Source: Bacteroidales bacterium (lineage in GTDB: Bacteria > Bacteroidota > Bacteroidia > Bacteroidales > WCHB1-69). Taken from it: a stretch of 64,000 bases of DNA. Below, in pieces: positions 1 to 8,406 of this stretch. Location: NCBI GenBank assembly GCA_016290295.1, contig JAEETJ010000003.1, positions 127,048 to 191,047 on the forward strand. Reading direction: 5' to 3'. The stretch's first letter is position 1. Each line of letters opens with the position of its first letter. The translations under genes were made by a program, and so were the position numbers. The notes below the pieces were generated by a model that had not been told where the DNA came from, did not search any database, and worked only from the letters and a program-made list of their open reading frames with translations.

Positions 1-34
1 CCCATTAAAAAAAGGACTGCCAGTTGATATGCGT

Positions 35-256
35 TTAGTCCAATCTTTCGTATTCAAACCAAGCCTTTGTGGCGTTGGCTCGCTCATAATCATAGCCATA
101 TCGGTCCATATACATGGCTTTGATCTCCTTGGCACCGTTGCAGAACGGGTCTGATGTGTGATGCTCTAATGTAACAATGATTTCCATTTCGGGAGTTAAC
201 ACACAACCATTCGTGCGTTTTGTTGTTTTTGGAGTGATTTTAAATACTTTTGACAT
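35..256 (-). CDS. small hypothetical protein (73 aa)
   Basis: ORF 35..286 trimmed to internal ATG (MSKVFKITPK...), 58 nt downstream of the TAnnTTTG box at 314..321. Resembles small DUF6140-type Bacteroidales proteins, from memory only. Confidence 0.45.
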   Translation of the reverse strand: MSKVFKITPKTTKRTNGCVLTPEMEIIVTLEHHTSDPFCNGAKEIKAMYMDRYGYDYERANATKAWFEYERLD

Positions 257-313
257 AATTTTACCCCTGATACGTGTCGGGCGCAACTGTTAAAGGATTT
301 TGTAATACGCCCA

Positions 314-321
314 CAAAAATA
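314..321 (-). promoter_or_regulatory. Bacteroidetes -7 promoter box (TATTTTTG)
   Basis: Plus strand reads CAAAAATA, matching TAnnTTTG on the minus strand upstream of the 73-aa ORF. Confidence 0.5.
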
Positions 322-456
322 GTTCTCATGTGTGCAAGAACGTGGCACAGCGGTGCCCGAGGAATGGTGGATCATGAAATGAAAAAAAACATGCGGATGA
401 GGGTTGGGGAGATTATTACAAGAAAAGTGTGAGATTCCCAAAAAGAGGGAAGTGAA

Positions 457-1704
457 TCATTCCTTTTCGTTTGGATTTTGAACCGGTTTCAGAGCTTTGT
501 CTATAACATCAACAAAAAGCATGAAATTATTATAGACACCTTCTAAAAAGGATTTCTTCTCGTCTGTTGATAATTCGGCGAAAGAGCCCTTCCCATCAGG
601 AATGTAATATGTTTTTTGATAACAAGTTGGATAACTGTTGGTAGAACTGTTGTCTTCGTTCAACTTATGGGAAATAATATTTGTTAGTGTCTTTTGAAAC
701 TCTTGATCACCTTCAACATGGATAACGAATGTTAATTTCTGAGAATCGAAAAGACTGTCTTGATTGAAATTAATCCATTCAAAATGCATAATTTTCGTTT
801 CCCATTCGTGCTTTTTAATTTGATAACAGCAATAATTCTCCTTGAATTCGCAAATCATCCCCTTCGGTTGATAGTAATTTTTTGTGATCCTATCAAATTC
901 ATTAATTACGATATCCTTGAGGAGACGGAGTTTTTCGTCACATCTACTTCTCACCTTTTCTAAGGCTCTGTGGAGGCTCATTATACGATGGTATTGTTCG
1001 TCAGCCGTAGCAGATTGTCCAATCCCAATTTTATTTAGGATAAGTAACAGTAATTCTTTTTTTTGAGCTTGTTCTCGTCGGCTTGAATATCCTTCCAAAT
1101 AATCAATATATTGCTCTATTGCACTTCTTAAATAAACTTCTTTTATTGTAACATTGGGCAACACATAATTCCTGAGCCACTCTAATACGTCCTCATTAAA
1201 TGAAACCACGGCAAACCTATCATTAAATGAATCTTTGTAATTACCCCATGTTTGTTTAGAAGATTCTCTTGTGAAAGAAGGCATATATAGGACAAATATG
1301 GCCTTTTCGTCATAGTGATACCCTTTAGTCACGTCAATATACCTTTTTATTTGTTCGTTTTGATCTCCAGCTCCAAAAATTTTGTTCTCAATGATGATCG
1401 CATAATTATTGTCGCGAATCCATATATCTATACGTTCTTCTTCTTGTGTAATAAGTGGATTGTGTATCTTTATTTTGTTAAAATCTTTGTCCTGATTTCG
1501 AGAAACAATAAAATTGAGAAAACTGTCATAAATCACAAATCCATGCTGGTTTTTGTATTGTAATAGTTTTGCTAGAATCCTACTATGCGCATTTTCGTTG
1601 GAATGCAACTCCTCAATAATATTCAAATGATAAGGGAGCTTTTCTATGTATTGATGGTTGATTTTCAAACAATCATCAATGAGATTATAATTGACTTGTT
1701 CCAT
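457..1704 (-). CDS. PD-(D/E)XK nuclease family protein (PDDEXK_4-like)
   Basis: 415-aa ORF with ATG start. N-terminal ENAHSRILAKLLQ motif and core IDIWIRD...AIIIENKI (D..ExK). A sampled line is about one-third G+C. Confidence 0.65.
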   Translation of the reverse strand: MEQVNYNLIDDCLKINHQYIEKLPYHLNIIEELHSNENAHSRILAKLLQYKNQHGFVIYDSFLNFIVSRNQDKDFNKIKIHNPLITQEEERIDIWIRDNNYAIIIENKIFGAGDQNEQIKRYIDVTKGYHYDEKAIFVLYMPSFTRESSKQTWGNYKDSFNDRFAVVSFNEDVLEWLRNYVLPNVTIKEVYLRSAIEQYIDYLEGYSSRREQAQKKELLLLILNKIGIGQSATADEQYHRIMSLHRALEKVRSRCDEKLRLLKDIVINEFDRITKNYYQPKGMICEFKENYCCYQIKKHEWETKIMHFEWINFNQDSLFDSQKLTFVIHVEGDQEFQKTLTNIISHKLNEDNSSTNSYPTCYQKTYYIPDGKGSFAELSTDEKKSFLEGVYNNFMLFVDVIDKALKPVQNPNEKE

Positions 1705-1713
1705 AAGTAAAAA

Positions 1714-2319
1714 CTATAGCTCGTAGTTTGGATTATTTATTTTAACTCGCTCTGCTACATCTAATATTTCATCTATCATTTCCGCAAATTGATTAACCAT
1801 AGTGCCGTCCATTATTTTATTTATGGCATCGTCAGTATGCCAATCATTATTGCCTTTAAACTGCTTATATATCCATAACTCATTGTTAAAGTTTTTCTTC
1901 ATATTATATAGATTCTGCAAATTGGTCCACAGTGGTTCCATAGTTTCACGTTTTACATCATCCTTTTTTAAAAAACCAATAATAGGTTTTTTTAACCATT
2001 TGCTCTCAAATTCAATCCCTATTAAAAAGTGTTTCCAATTGTCATTGATTATTGTAAAGCCTGCCCATGGACTAATAACCCAATCACAATCAGAATTATA
2101 AGGATATCCTTCTAAATATAGGCCTCTCTGCTTAAGCATATCTTGCATCTGAGGACAAAAAGAATTTCTGATTATTTGGTTCAACAAATCAACAACATAA
2201 TTTGCCACAAGAGAATTCAGATCTATCAGTGACCTGCTTTTATCTCGTAAACCACGATACAAATCAGCAATATCTTTGTTGTCTGTTGGATCTATTAGTG
2301 TTTTAAGGTCATTTTCCAT
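1714..2319 (-). CDS. hypothetical protein (201 aa), co-operonic with the nuclease
   Basis: ATG start; stop lies 9 nt upstream of the nuclease start; TAATTTTG box at 2414..2421. No recognisable motif. Confidence 0.55.
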   Translation of the reverse strand: MENDLKTLIDPTDNKDIADLYRGLRDKSRSLIDLNSLVANYVVDLLNQIIRNSFCPQMQDMLKQRGLYLEGYPYNSDCDWVISPWAGFTIINDNWKHFLIGIEFESKWLKKPIIGFLKKDDVKRETMEPLWTNLQNLYNMKKNFNNELWIYKQFKGNNDWHTDDAINKIMDGTMVNQFAEMIDEILDVAERVKINNPNYEL

Positions 2320-2413
2320 TAGAACAAGTGGGACTTCCGATGTTTTTTTCCTTTCCTCATTCCTTCTTCATTTGTCGAAGTCCGTTGAACAAAATCAGAA
2401 GAAAACGATTACG

Positions 2414-2421
2414 CAAAATTA
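2414..2421 (-). promoter_or_regulatory. -7 promoter box (TAATTTTG)
   Basis: Plus strand reads CAAAATTA, ~95 nt upstream of the 201-aa ORF start. Confidence 0.45.
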
Positions 2422-2454
2422 CAAAAAAAAACTATTCTCCTCTCCACAAACAAT

Positions 2455-3003
2455 TCAATATTCGCATTTCCTCCCCGATTTCTTCCCCGCAATCACCTCC
2501 GCAACTTTAAGTTCCATGCTTGCCAAAAAATCTACTAATGGCATGTTGCCATCCGCTTTAGATAGTTCTTCCTGCAGGTCTATGATGAGAATGTCGTCTA
2601 TTCCTAAAAACCGGCAATTGATGGGCAGATTGTATTGTTTAGCATCAAATCGTGGGGGTAAAATGTAGATGAGATGCTTCTTGATATTGGAGTGGTGCGC
2701 TTTGCACCATAAAAGATTAGTCCCAATAGCCATTATTTGCAACTCAAGATTCGAGCAACCTTTTATATTCGGATTTGGATGCGTTTTGGGTACCATGTTC
2801 GAGAGCGTGTCCCAAACGAGTAACCACACTTCCAAGGAAGTGTCGTAGGGGCCATCTTTCGCACAATAGAGATACTCTCTGACAAAATCCTCGCTTTCTA
2901 TCCACTCGTATGCATAGGATGAGGGTAGTTGTTGCATGATGCTTTCTTTACACCTTAGGGCATTGCAGCCCACAGGAATGATAATGTGTTTCGTTTTATC
3001 CAT
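2455..3003 (-). CDS. hypothetical protein (182 aa)
   Basis: ATG start, own -7 box at 3030..3037, divergent from the AAA+ gene. No recognisable motif. Confidence 0.55.
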   Translation of the reverse strand: MDKTKHIIIPVGCNALRCKESIMQQLPSSYAYEWIESEDFVREYLYCAKDGPYDTSLEVWLLVWDTLSNMVPKTHPNPNIKGCSNLELQIMAIGTNLLWCKAHHSNIKKHLIYILPPRFDAKQYNLPINCRFLGIDDILIIDLQEELSKADGNMPLVDFLASMELKVAEVIAGKKSGRKCEY

Positions 3004-3029
3004 AATTATTTATTGTTTGTTTACGTCAG

Positions 3030-3037
3030 CAAAAATA
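3030..3037 (-). promoter_or_regulatory. -7 promoter box (TATTTTTG)
   Basis: Plus strand reads CAAAAATA, 27 nt upstream of the ATG at 3003. Confidence 0.55.
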
Positions 3038-3074
3038 GCGATGCGCTGTGCTATATTTTGGCACACCATCATTC

Positions 3075-3082
3075 TATTTTTG
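3075..3082 (+). promoter_or_regulatory. -7 promoter box (TATTTTTG)
   Basis: Exact TAnnTTTG, 23 nt upstream of the ATG at 3105; back-to-back with the divergent box at 3030. Confidence 0.55.
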
Positions 3083-3104
3083 CAACGTTCAAAATTGTAA
3101 AGCT

Positions 3105-4850
3105 ATGAAAAAAGAAAACATTTTGCAGACATTGAGTTTTCTGGCGCTGAAAATAGAAAACTCCGGAACTGCCTTGTTAGAGGCAATTGCGCCTGATTCT
3201 ATTGCACATTTAGACTACACATTTACACGGCAGAACGAATCCACCACCTTTAAAGAGTTTGGCAAAGCAGAAACAGGTGAGATTGTTGAAAAACTGGATT
3301 ACGTTGCTGAATTTCTAAAAATAACAAATATTCAGGCCGTTATTATGACAGTGGCTTTCTGCAATAAATTCCAAGACAGCAATATAGATTGGAACGATAT
3401 TCCCAAATTCTTTAATGTAAAAAGTATGGTGTTGCTTCCATTGAAAAAAGAATTTGACTGTCTGGTATCAAGCAAATATCTTAGACGTGTTGGAAACAGA
3501 AGACGTTCAGAGTGTTATGAAATTGAGCAATGTGTGATGGAATCTATAATGAATAGGCATCCTTTTGACCCTGGTATGTTGAAGGAAGAAGGGTTTGACC
3601 GGTATAAATTTGTCAACGAAATATCCGATTTGATCGAACAACGTAGTGATGAAGAGATTTCTACCTACGCACTTTTTGACCGTTCATGCGAGTTGGAGCA
3701 ACAGAACAGCACTCTTTCTTTTGTTCAGAATGTCCAGAAATTGCTCCATGAGGCTAAAGACAGAGTGTTATTCTACGAGATATGCGATGATTTTCTTGCA
3801 AATGGCGAAACGGGGATCAATTGTACCTTGAAAGACATGTATGGCAATCCCAGTACTCGTTTCCAAATCTCAAGGGAGTTGATGGATGAGAAGCATATTC
3901 TGATGAAGTTGGATTTAGTGAGTTTACTTCGTGACACAATGTTCTCCGACAGCAATCTTGTCCTCACCGAAAAGGGGAAACAACTCTTTTTGGAGGGAGA
4001 TTTCGAGCTTTTTGCCAAATCCAAAAATCGAGACCAGAAAATAATTTGCCCTGAAGATATTCCCGAAAAATCCATGTTTTATGACGATGAACTCCTGCGA
4101 CAACTGAATCTGCTGAAGGAAAACCTCCAAGAGGAACGTTTCGCGGAGTTGCAAAAACGATTGGATGAACAGTCGCTGCCAAAAGGAGTGGCGGCCCTCT
4201 TTCACGGACAACCAGGTACAGGAAAAACCGAGACTGCAATGCAAATAGCCAAAGCCACTGGACGTGCAGTATGCCATGTAGATATCAGCGCAGCCAAAAC
4301 CTGTTGGTATGGGGAAAGCCAGAAATTGGTGAAGCGTATTTTTACCGATTATAGGCAGTTGTGCGAGAAAGAGAAGCTTAAACCGATTCTTCTTTTCAAC
4401 GAGGCTGATGCATTGCTCAGTAACCGTCAAAATATTAATAGTACCAGCGGTTCTACCAGTGTGGCACAGACTGAAAATGCTATCCAAAATATCATCCTTG
4501 AGGAAATGGAAAAACTGGATGGCATCCTCATTGCCACCACTAATTTGATAGATAATTTGGATGGTGCTTTCGAACGACGTTTCCTGTTCAAAATCCGCTT
4601 CAACAATCCTACAGTAGAAGCCAAACAGTCCATTTGGAAGAGCAAACTTTCCTGGTTGTCTGAATATGAAAGTCGCCAACTGGCAGAATGTTATAATTTC
4701 TCAGGTGGCGAAATCGACAACATTGTACGCAAGCTTATCATGGAGGAAGTGCTTACCGGAAAACACCCTGATATGCAATTTATTGAAGATTTATGCCGTC
4801 ATGAAAAGATAGGCAACAACGAAACGAGTTGTATTGGGTTCAGGAAATAA
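3105..4850 (+). CDS. AAA+ ATPase (classical AAA module) with uncharacterised ~350-aa N-terminal region
   Basis: ORF-track start 3048 is GTG; trimmed to ATG 3105 (MKKENIL). Walker A GQPGTGKT, Walker B LLFNEAD, second region of homology ATTN..LDGAFERRF. Confidence 0.85.
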   Translation: MKKENILQTLSFLALKIENSGTALLEAIAPDSIAHLDYTFTRQNESTTFKEFGKAETGEIVEKLDYVAEFLKITNIQAVIMTVAFCNKFQDSNIDWNDIPKFFNVKSMVLLPLKKEFDCLVSSKYLRRVGNRRRSECYEIEQCVMESIMNRHPFDPGMLKEEGFDRYKFVNEISDLIEQRSDEEISTYALFDRSCELEQQNSTLSFVQNVQKLLHEAKDRVLFYEICDDFLANGETGINCTLKDMYGNPSTRFQISRELMDEKHILMKLDLVSLLRDTMFSDSNLVLTEKGKQLFLEGDFELFAKSKNRDQKIICPEDIPEKSMFYDDELLRQLNLLKENLQEERFAELQKRLDEQSLPKGVAALFHGQPGTGKTETAMQIAKATGRAVCHVDISAAKTCWYGESQKLVKRIFTDYRQLCEKEKLKPILLFNEADALLSNRQNINSTSGSTSVAQTENAIQNIILEEMEKLDGILIATTNLIDNLDGAFERRFLFKIRFNNPTVEAKQSIWKSKLSWLSEYESRQLAECYNFSGGEIDNIVRKLIMEEVLTGKHPDMQFIEDLCRHEKIGNNETSCIGFRK

Positions 4851-4943
4851 AACTACCAGATGGTTTAGTATATGTTCCCAACTCTGACTTCCCTTTGATG
4901 TGAGGTCAAAGCGAGGCGGAATCATCAAGAAGGTTGTCACTTT

Positions 4944-6027
4944 TTAGTGAAACTGCATCAAGTACGCCTTGATGAAGCCGTCTAATTCACCATCCATGAC
5001 GGCGGCGACGTTGGAGGTCTCGTATTGCGTGCGCAGGTCCTTCACCATCTTGTAGGGGTGCATCACATAACTGCGGATTTGCGAGCCCCATTCGATTTTC
5101 TTCTTGCTGCTTTCTATTTCGGAGATTTTCTCTCTCTTTTTCTCCAATTCAATCTGATACAACTGAGATTTCAGCATCTGCATGGCTTTCTCGCGGTTCA
5201 TCAGCTGCGAACGGGTCTCCTGGCAGGAAACCACGATGCCGGTGGGGTGGTGGTGCAAGCGCACAGCCGTCTCTACCTTGTTGACGTTCTGTCCGCCGGG
5301 ACCGCTGGAACGGTAGGTGTCCCAGGAAATGTCGGCGGGGTTTACTTCGATGGTAATGTCTTCATTGATAATGGGATAGGCGAAAACAGAAGCGAATGAG
5401 GTGTGACGACGGTTGGCGGAGTCGAAGGGGGAGAGGCGTACCAGACGGTGTACGCCGATTTCGCTCTTCATATTGCCATAACCATAGCTGCCGTCCAACT
5501 CGATGGTGGCTTGCTTGATGCCGGCCACATCGCCTTCTTGTCGGTCTAATACTTTGATGGCGAATTTGTTGCGTTCGGCCCAGCGGATGTACATACGGAG
5601 CAGCATCTCGGCCCAGTCGCAACTTTCGGTACCACCGGCACCAGAGTTGATGGTGAGCACCACACTCAAGGGGTCTTCTTCCTCGCGCATCATGTTGCGG
5701 AATTCCAGCTTCTCCAAGGATTTCATGGATACGGCATATTGTTTGTCGGTCTCCTCCTCGGTGGCTTCTTCCGCTAAGAAAAATTCATGTAAAACTTTCA
5801 GGTCTTCGAAGTCGGCTACGGCTTTGTCGTAGTCTTCTACCCACGATTTGATGCCGCTGATTTCCTTCAGCAGCTTCTCGGCTTCCTTGGGGTCGTCCCA
5901 GAAGTTGTTCTGATGGGTGATTTCTTCCTTGGCTTGTATCTCGGCTAATTTCCCATCGATGTCAAAGACACCTCCTCAGCTCGGCTAAGCGGGCGTTAAT
6001 CTCTTTGAGTTGTTCGGCTTGTACCAT
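4944..6027 (-). CDS. prfB: peptide chain release factor 2, requires +1 programmed frameshift
   Basis: Frame 0 from ATG 6027 ([21 protein letters not shown]) hits an in-frame TGA at 5964..5962. The +1 frame continues into ORF 4944..5726, which carries the SPF and GGQ motifs. Confidence 0.95.
5961..5976 (-). promoter_or_regulatory. prfB: RF2 +1 frameshift site (AGGAGG-N3-CTT TGA C)
   Basis: Minus strand reads AGGAGGTGTCTTTGAC. An SD-like element sits 3 nt upstream of the slippery CTT followed by TGA C, as in E. coli prfB. Confidence 0.9.
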
Positions 6028-6030
6028 CTT

Positions 6031-6065
6031 TTAGGTTTTAGGTTACAGGTATCAGGTTTCAGTAG
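6031..6065. repeat. heptamer array (5 words)
   Basis: TTAGGTT TTAGGTT ACAGGTA TCAGGTT TCAGTAG, directly upstream of the prfB ATG. The reverse complement of 6041..6055 equals 40702..40716. Confidence 0.7.
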
Positions 6066-6212
6066 GGACGCACTGTGTGTGTCTGCAGGGGGAGTTTCGC
6101 TCCGCTCAAGGGGAGTGGACTTCGTCCAAAGGGGAGTCTCGCACTTCGTGCTCGAGGGGAGCTCTAATTCCCCTTCTTGAAGAAGGGGTGGCCGAAGGCC
6201 GGGGTAGTGGTA
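6066..6212. repeat. GC-rich G-tract / mini-hairpin array
   Basis: AGGGGAG-headed units at 6109, 6130 and 6155, plus GGGGGAG at 6088. Hairpins GGAC-TTC-GTCC, GCAC-TTC-GTGC, CCCCTTCTT/AAGAAGGGG and GGCC-GAA-GGCC. Confidence 0.7.
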
Positions 6213-6254
6213 TAGAGTATTAGTTCTCAGTTTTCAGTTTTCAGTTTTCAGTTC
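6213..6254. repeat. heptamer array (6 words) overlapping the recX stop
   Basis: TAGAGTA TTAGTTC TCAGTTT TCAGTTT TCAGTTT TCAGTTC. The recX stop (TGA, 6236..6234) lies inside it. Confidence 0.8.
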
Positions 6255-6686
6255 CACCCCCTTAATCTCTTCGTAAGTAAATCCCTTCGACATCAGGTGT
6301 CGGTAGAGTTTGGTGAGGTTTTCTTGGGTGACAGGTCCGTGGCTTTGCGTCCATTTACGGATGGCTGTCTGTATGTTGTCAGTATATTGTTGAGGGTTGA
6401 TGTCCTTTATATATTTGTCGATGAGGTCTTTGCTGATTCCTTTTTGGAGCAGCCCCAATCTTATTTTTTGCACGCCCCACTGCTTGCTGTTTACTTTGCC
6501 CCGTATGAAACTCTGCACATATCGCTCGTCATTGACAAAACCGTCGTTTTTCAGCAGTTGCAGTAGCTGTTGCGCTTCTTTTTCCTCAACCTGTAGGCTA
6601 CGGAGCTTGGTGAGCACTTCTTGTGTGCAGCGGTCTTGATAGGCACAGTAGCGTTCAAGTTTGGAGAGAATTTCTGTGGCAGTCAT
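6234..6686 (-). CDS. recX: recombination regulator RecX
   Basis: 150 aa. RecX-like helical repeats (YCAYQDRCTQEV..., GFVNDERYVQSFIRGK..WG..KI...L..KGI). Confidence 0.85.
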   Translation of the reverse strand: MTATEILSKLERYCAYQDRCTQEVLTKLRSLQVEEKEAQQLLQLLKNDGFVNDERYVQSFIRGKVNSKQWGVQKIRLGLLQKGISKDLIDKYIKDINPQQYTDNIQTAIRKWTQSHGPVTQENLTKLYRHLMSKGFTYEEIKGVELKTEN

Positions 6687-6689
6687 GGT

Positions 6690-8270
6690 TTAGTTTTCGG
6701 TAGGGGTGGACCAGAGCATGATTTCGTCCATATTCTTGTTGAAGAATTTCGTTTGGGTGAGGTAATAAGCTTGATTTGCCCGCAAGTGAATCCATTTATG
6801 ATACTTGAAGAACCATTTCAGGCGGATAGAAGGGAAGCCTTTGGTTAAATATGCATGGATATAGGGGTGCATCTCGATGGTGATGCCATTTTCACCTTGT
6901 TTGTCAAACAGAAATTCCAGTGTGTTTTCAATCTCTTCTTGCAGCAAGATAGAGGGCTTGATTTTGCCGGTGCCGTGGCAGGCAGGGCATTGTTCTGTCG
7001 TCTCAATAATGGTGGCTTCTTTTACCCTTTGGCGGGTGATTTCCAGCAAACCGAACTTATTGAGGGGCAGTATGGTGTGTTTTGCCTTGTCGTTGGCCAT
7101 AAATTCCTGCATTTTCTTGAACAGCATGGATTTATGGGTAGGCGTATGCATATCGATAAAGTCGCAAGTGATGATACCGCCCATATCTCTCAGACGGAGC
7201 TGGCGGGCGATTTCCTCGGCGGCCAACAGATTGACATCGAAGGCGTTGTCTTCTGGTGATTGGCTTGATTTGACACGGTTGCCACTGTTGACATCGATGA
7301 CATGCATGGCTTCGGTGTGCTCAATGATCAGATACACACCATTTTTGATGGTGACTACCTTGCCGAAAGAGCCCTTGATTTGCTTGGCAACATTGAAATG
7401 TTCGAAGATGGGCTGCTTCTCGTTGTAGAATTTGACGATGTTGGTCTTTTCAGAGGAGAAGCTATTGAGGTAATCTACCACCTCACGGTAAATGCTTTGT
7501 GAGTCGATATAGATGGCGTGGAAGGAGTCGTTGACCATATCGCGGACGAGGGCGGAAGTCTTGTCCAATTCGTCGGCGATTTTGGAGGGAGCTGTGGCTT
7601 TGTACAGTTTGTTAACCGCTGTGGCCCATCTGTTTTTCAGTTGTTCCATGTCGGCGGTCAGATCTTCGATGTTTTTGTCTCTGGCTACTGTACGTATGAT
7701 GATGCCGAAGTTGCGGGGTTTGATGCCCTGTACGATTTTTTTCAGTCGCTTACGCTCTTCGTTGCTTTTGATTTTCTGGCTTACACTGACCTTGTCCATG
7801 AAGGGCACGAGAACCAGGTAACGTCCAGCGAACGATATTTCGGTAGTGACACGGGGACCTTTGGTGGAAATGGCTTCTTTGGCCACCTGCACCAGGATTT
7901 TCTGTCCGGTAGTCAGCACATTGCCGATTTTTCCGTTTTTCTCGACTTCCTCGAGATTTTGGAACTTGGCGATGCTTTTTTTGTTGAAGTTGATGGCTTG
8001 GTTGACAAATTCGTTGATGGTACGTGCATTGGAACCCAAATCGAGGTAATGCAGGAAAGCGTCTTTCTCGCTTCCCACGTCAACGAAGGCCGCATTTAGG
8101 CCAGGCATGATTTTTCGGACGGTGCCGAGGTAGATGTCGCCGACGGAATGGCAGTCGGATGAGGTCTCACGATGAATTTCGACGAGTTTCTTGTTTTCGA
8201 GCAAGGCGATCTGGACTTCGTTCGGATGAGAAGTGATGATTAATTCTTTAGTAAGCTCGTTGTTATCCAT
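6690..8270 (-). CDS. rng: Rne/Rng family ribonuclease (RNase G-like)
   Basis: 526 aa. N-terminal S1 domain (GDIYLGTVRKIMPGLNAAFVDVG), catalytic-core motif GGIITCDFIDM, Cys pair CPACHGTG. Confidence 0.9.
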   Translation of the reverse strand: MDNNELTKELIITSHPNEVQIALLENKKLVEIHRETSSDCHSVGDIYLGTVRKIMPGLNAAFVDVGSEKDAFLHYLDLGSNARTINEFVNQAINFNKKSIAKFQNLEEVEKNGKIGNVLTTGQKILVQVAKEAISTKGPRVTTEISFAGRYLVLVPFMDKVSVSQKIKSNEERKRLKKIVQGIKPRNFGIIIRTVARDKNIEDLTADMEQLKNRWATAVNKLYKATAPSKIADELDKTSALVRDMVNDSFHAIYIDSQSIYREVVDYLNSFSSEKTNIVKFYNEKQPIFEHFNVAKQIKGSFGKVVTIKNGVYLIIEHTEAMHVIDVNSGNRVKSSQSPEDNAFDVNLLAAEEIARQLRLRDMGGIITCDFIDMHTPTHKSMLFKKMQEFMANDKAKHTILPLNKFGLLEITRQRVKEATIIETTEQCPACHGTGKIKPSILLQEEIENTLEFLFDKQGENGITIEMHPYIHAYLTKGFPSIRLKWFFKYHKWIHLRANQAYYLTQTKFFNKNMDEIMLWSTPTEN

Positions 8271-8354
8271 AAATTGTTTTTGATAAAAAGTGCCGCTCTG
8301 TAAGAGGGCTGGAGGTTTTCAGCTGTATGTTGTTTTCAAGCTGATTTCCGATAT

Positions 8355-8406
8355 TGATAAAAACGAAAAACTAAATGACATGTCAGTGGCACACCATTTA
8401 GTTTTT
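8355..8406 (-). terminator. rho-independent terminator downstream of hup
   Basis: 12-bp perfect stem AAAAACTAAATG (8366..8377) / CATTTAGTTTTT (8395..8406). The minus strand continues with TTTTTCGTTTTTATC. Confidence 0.6.

Noticed and set aside
3924-4679. 251-aa minus-strand ORF (and 3773..4075, 3964..4239, 4427..4645) inside the AAA+ ATPase gene
   Set aside because: They lie entirely antisense to a gene with clear Walker A/B and SRH motifs. Their low-complexity composition is typical of shadow ORFs, and they have no promoter box.
5025-5832. ORFs 5025..5399 (+), 5362..5622 (-) and 5503..5832 (+) overlapping prfB
   Set aside because: These are shadow ORFs of the GC-rich RF2 coding region. RF2 itself is confirmed by the SPF and GGQ motifs and by the frameshift site.
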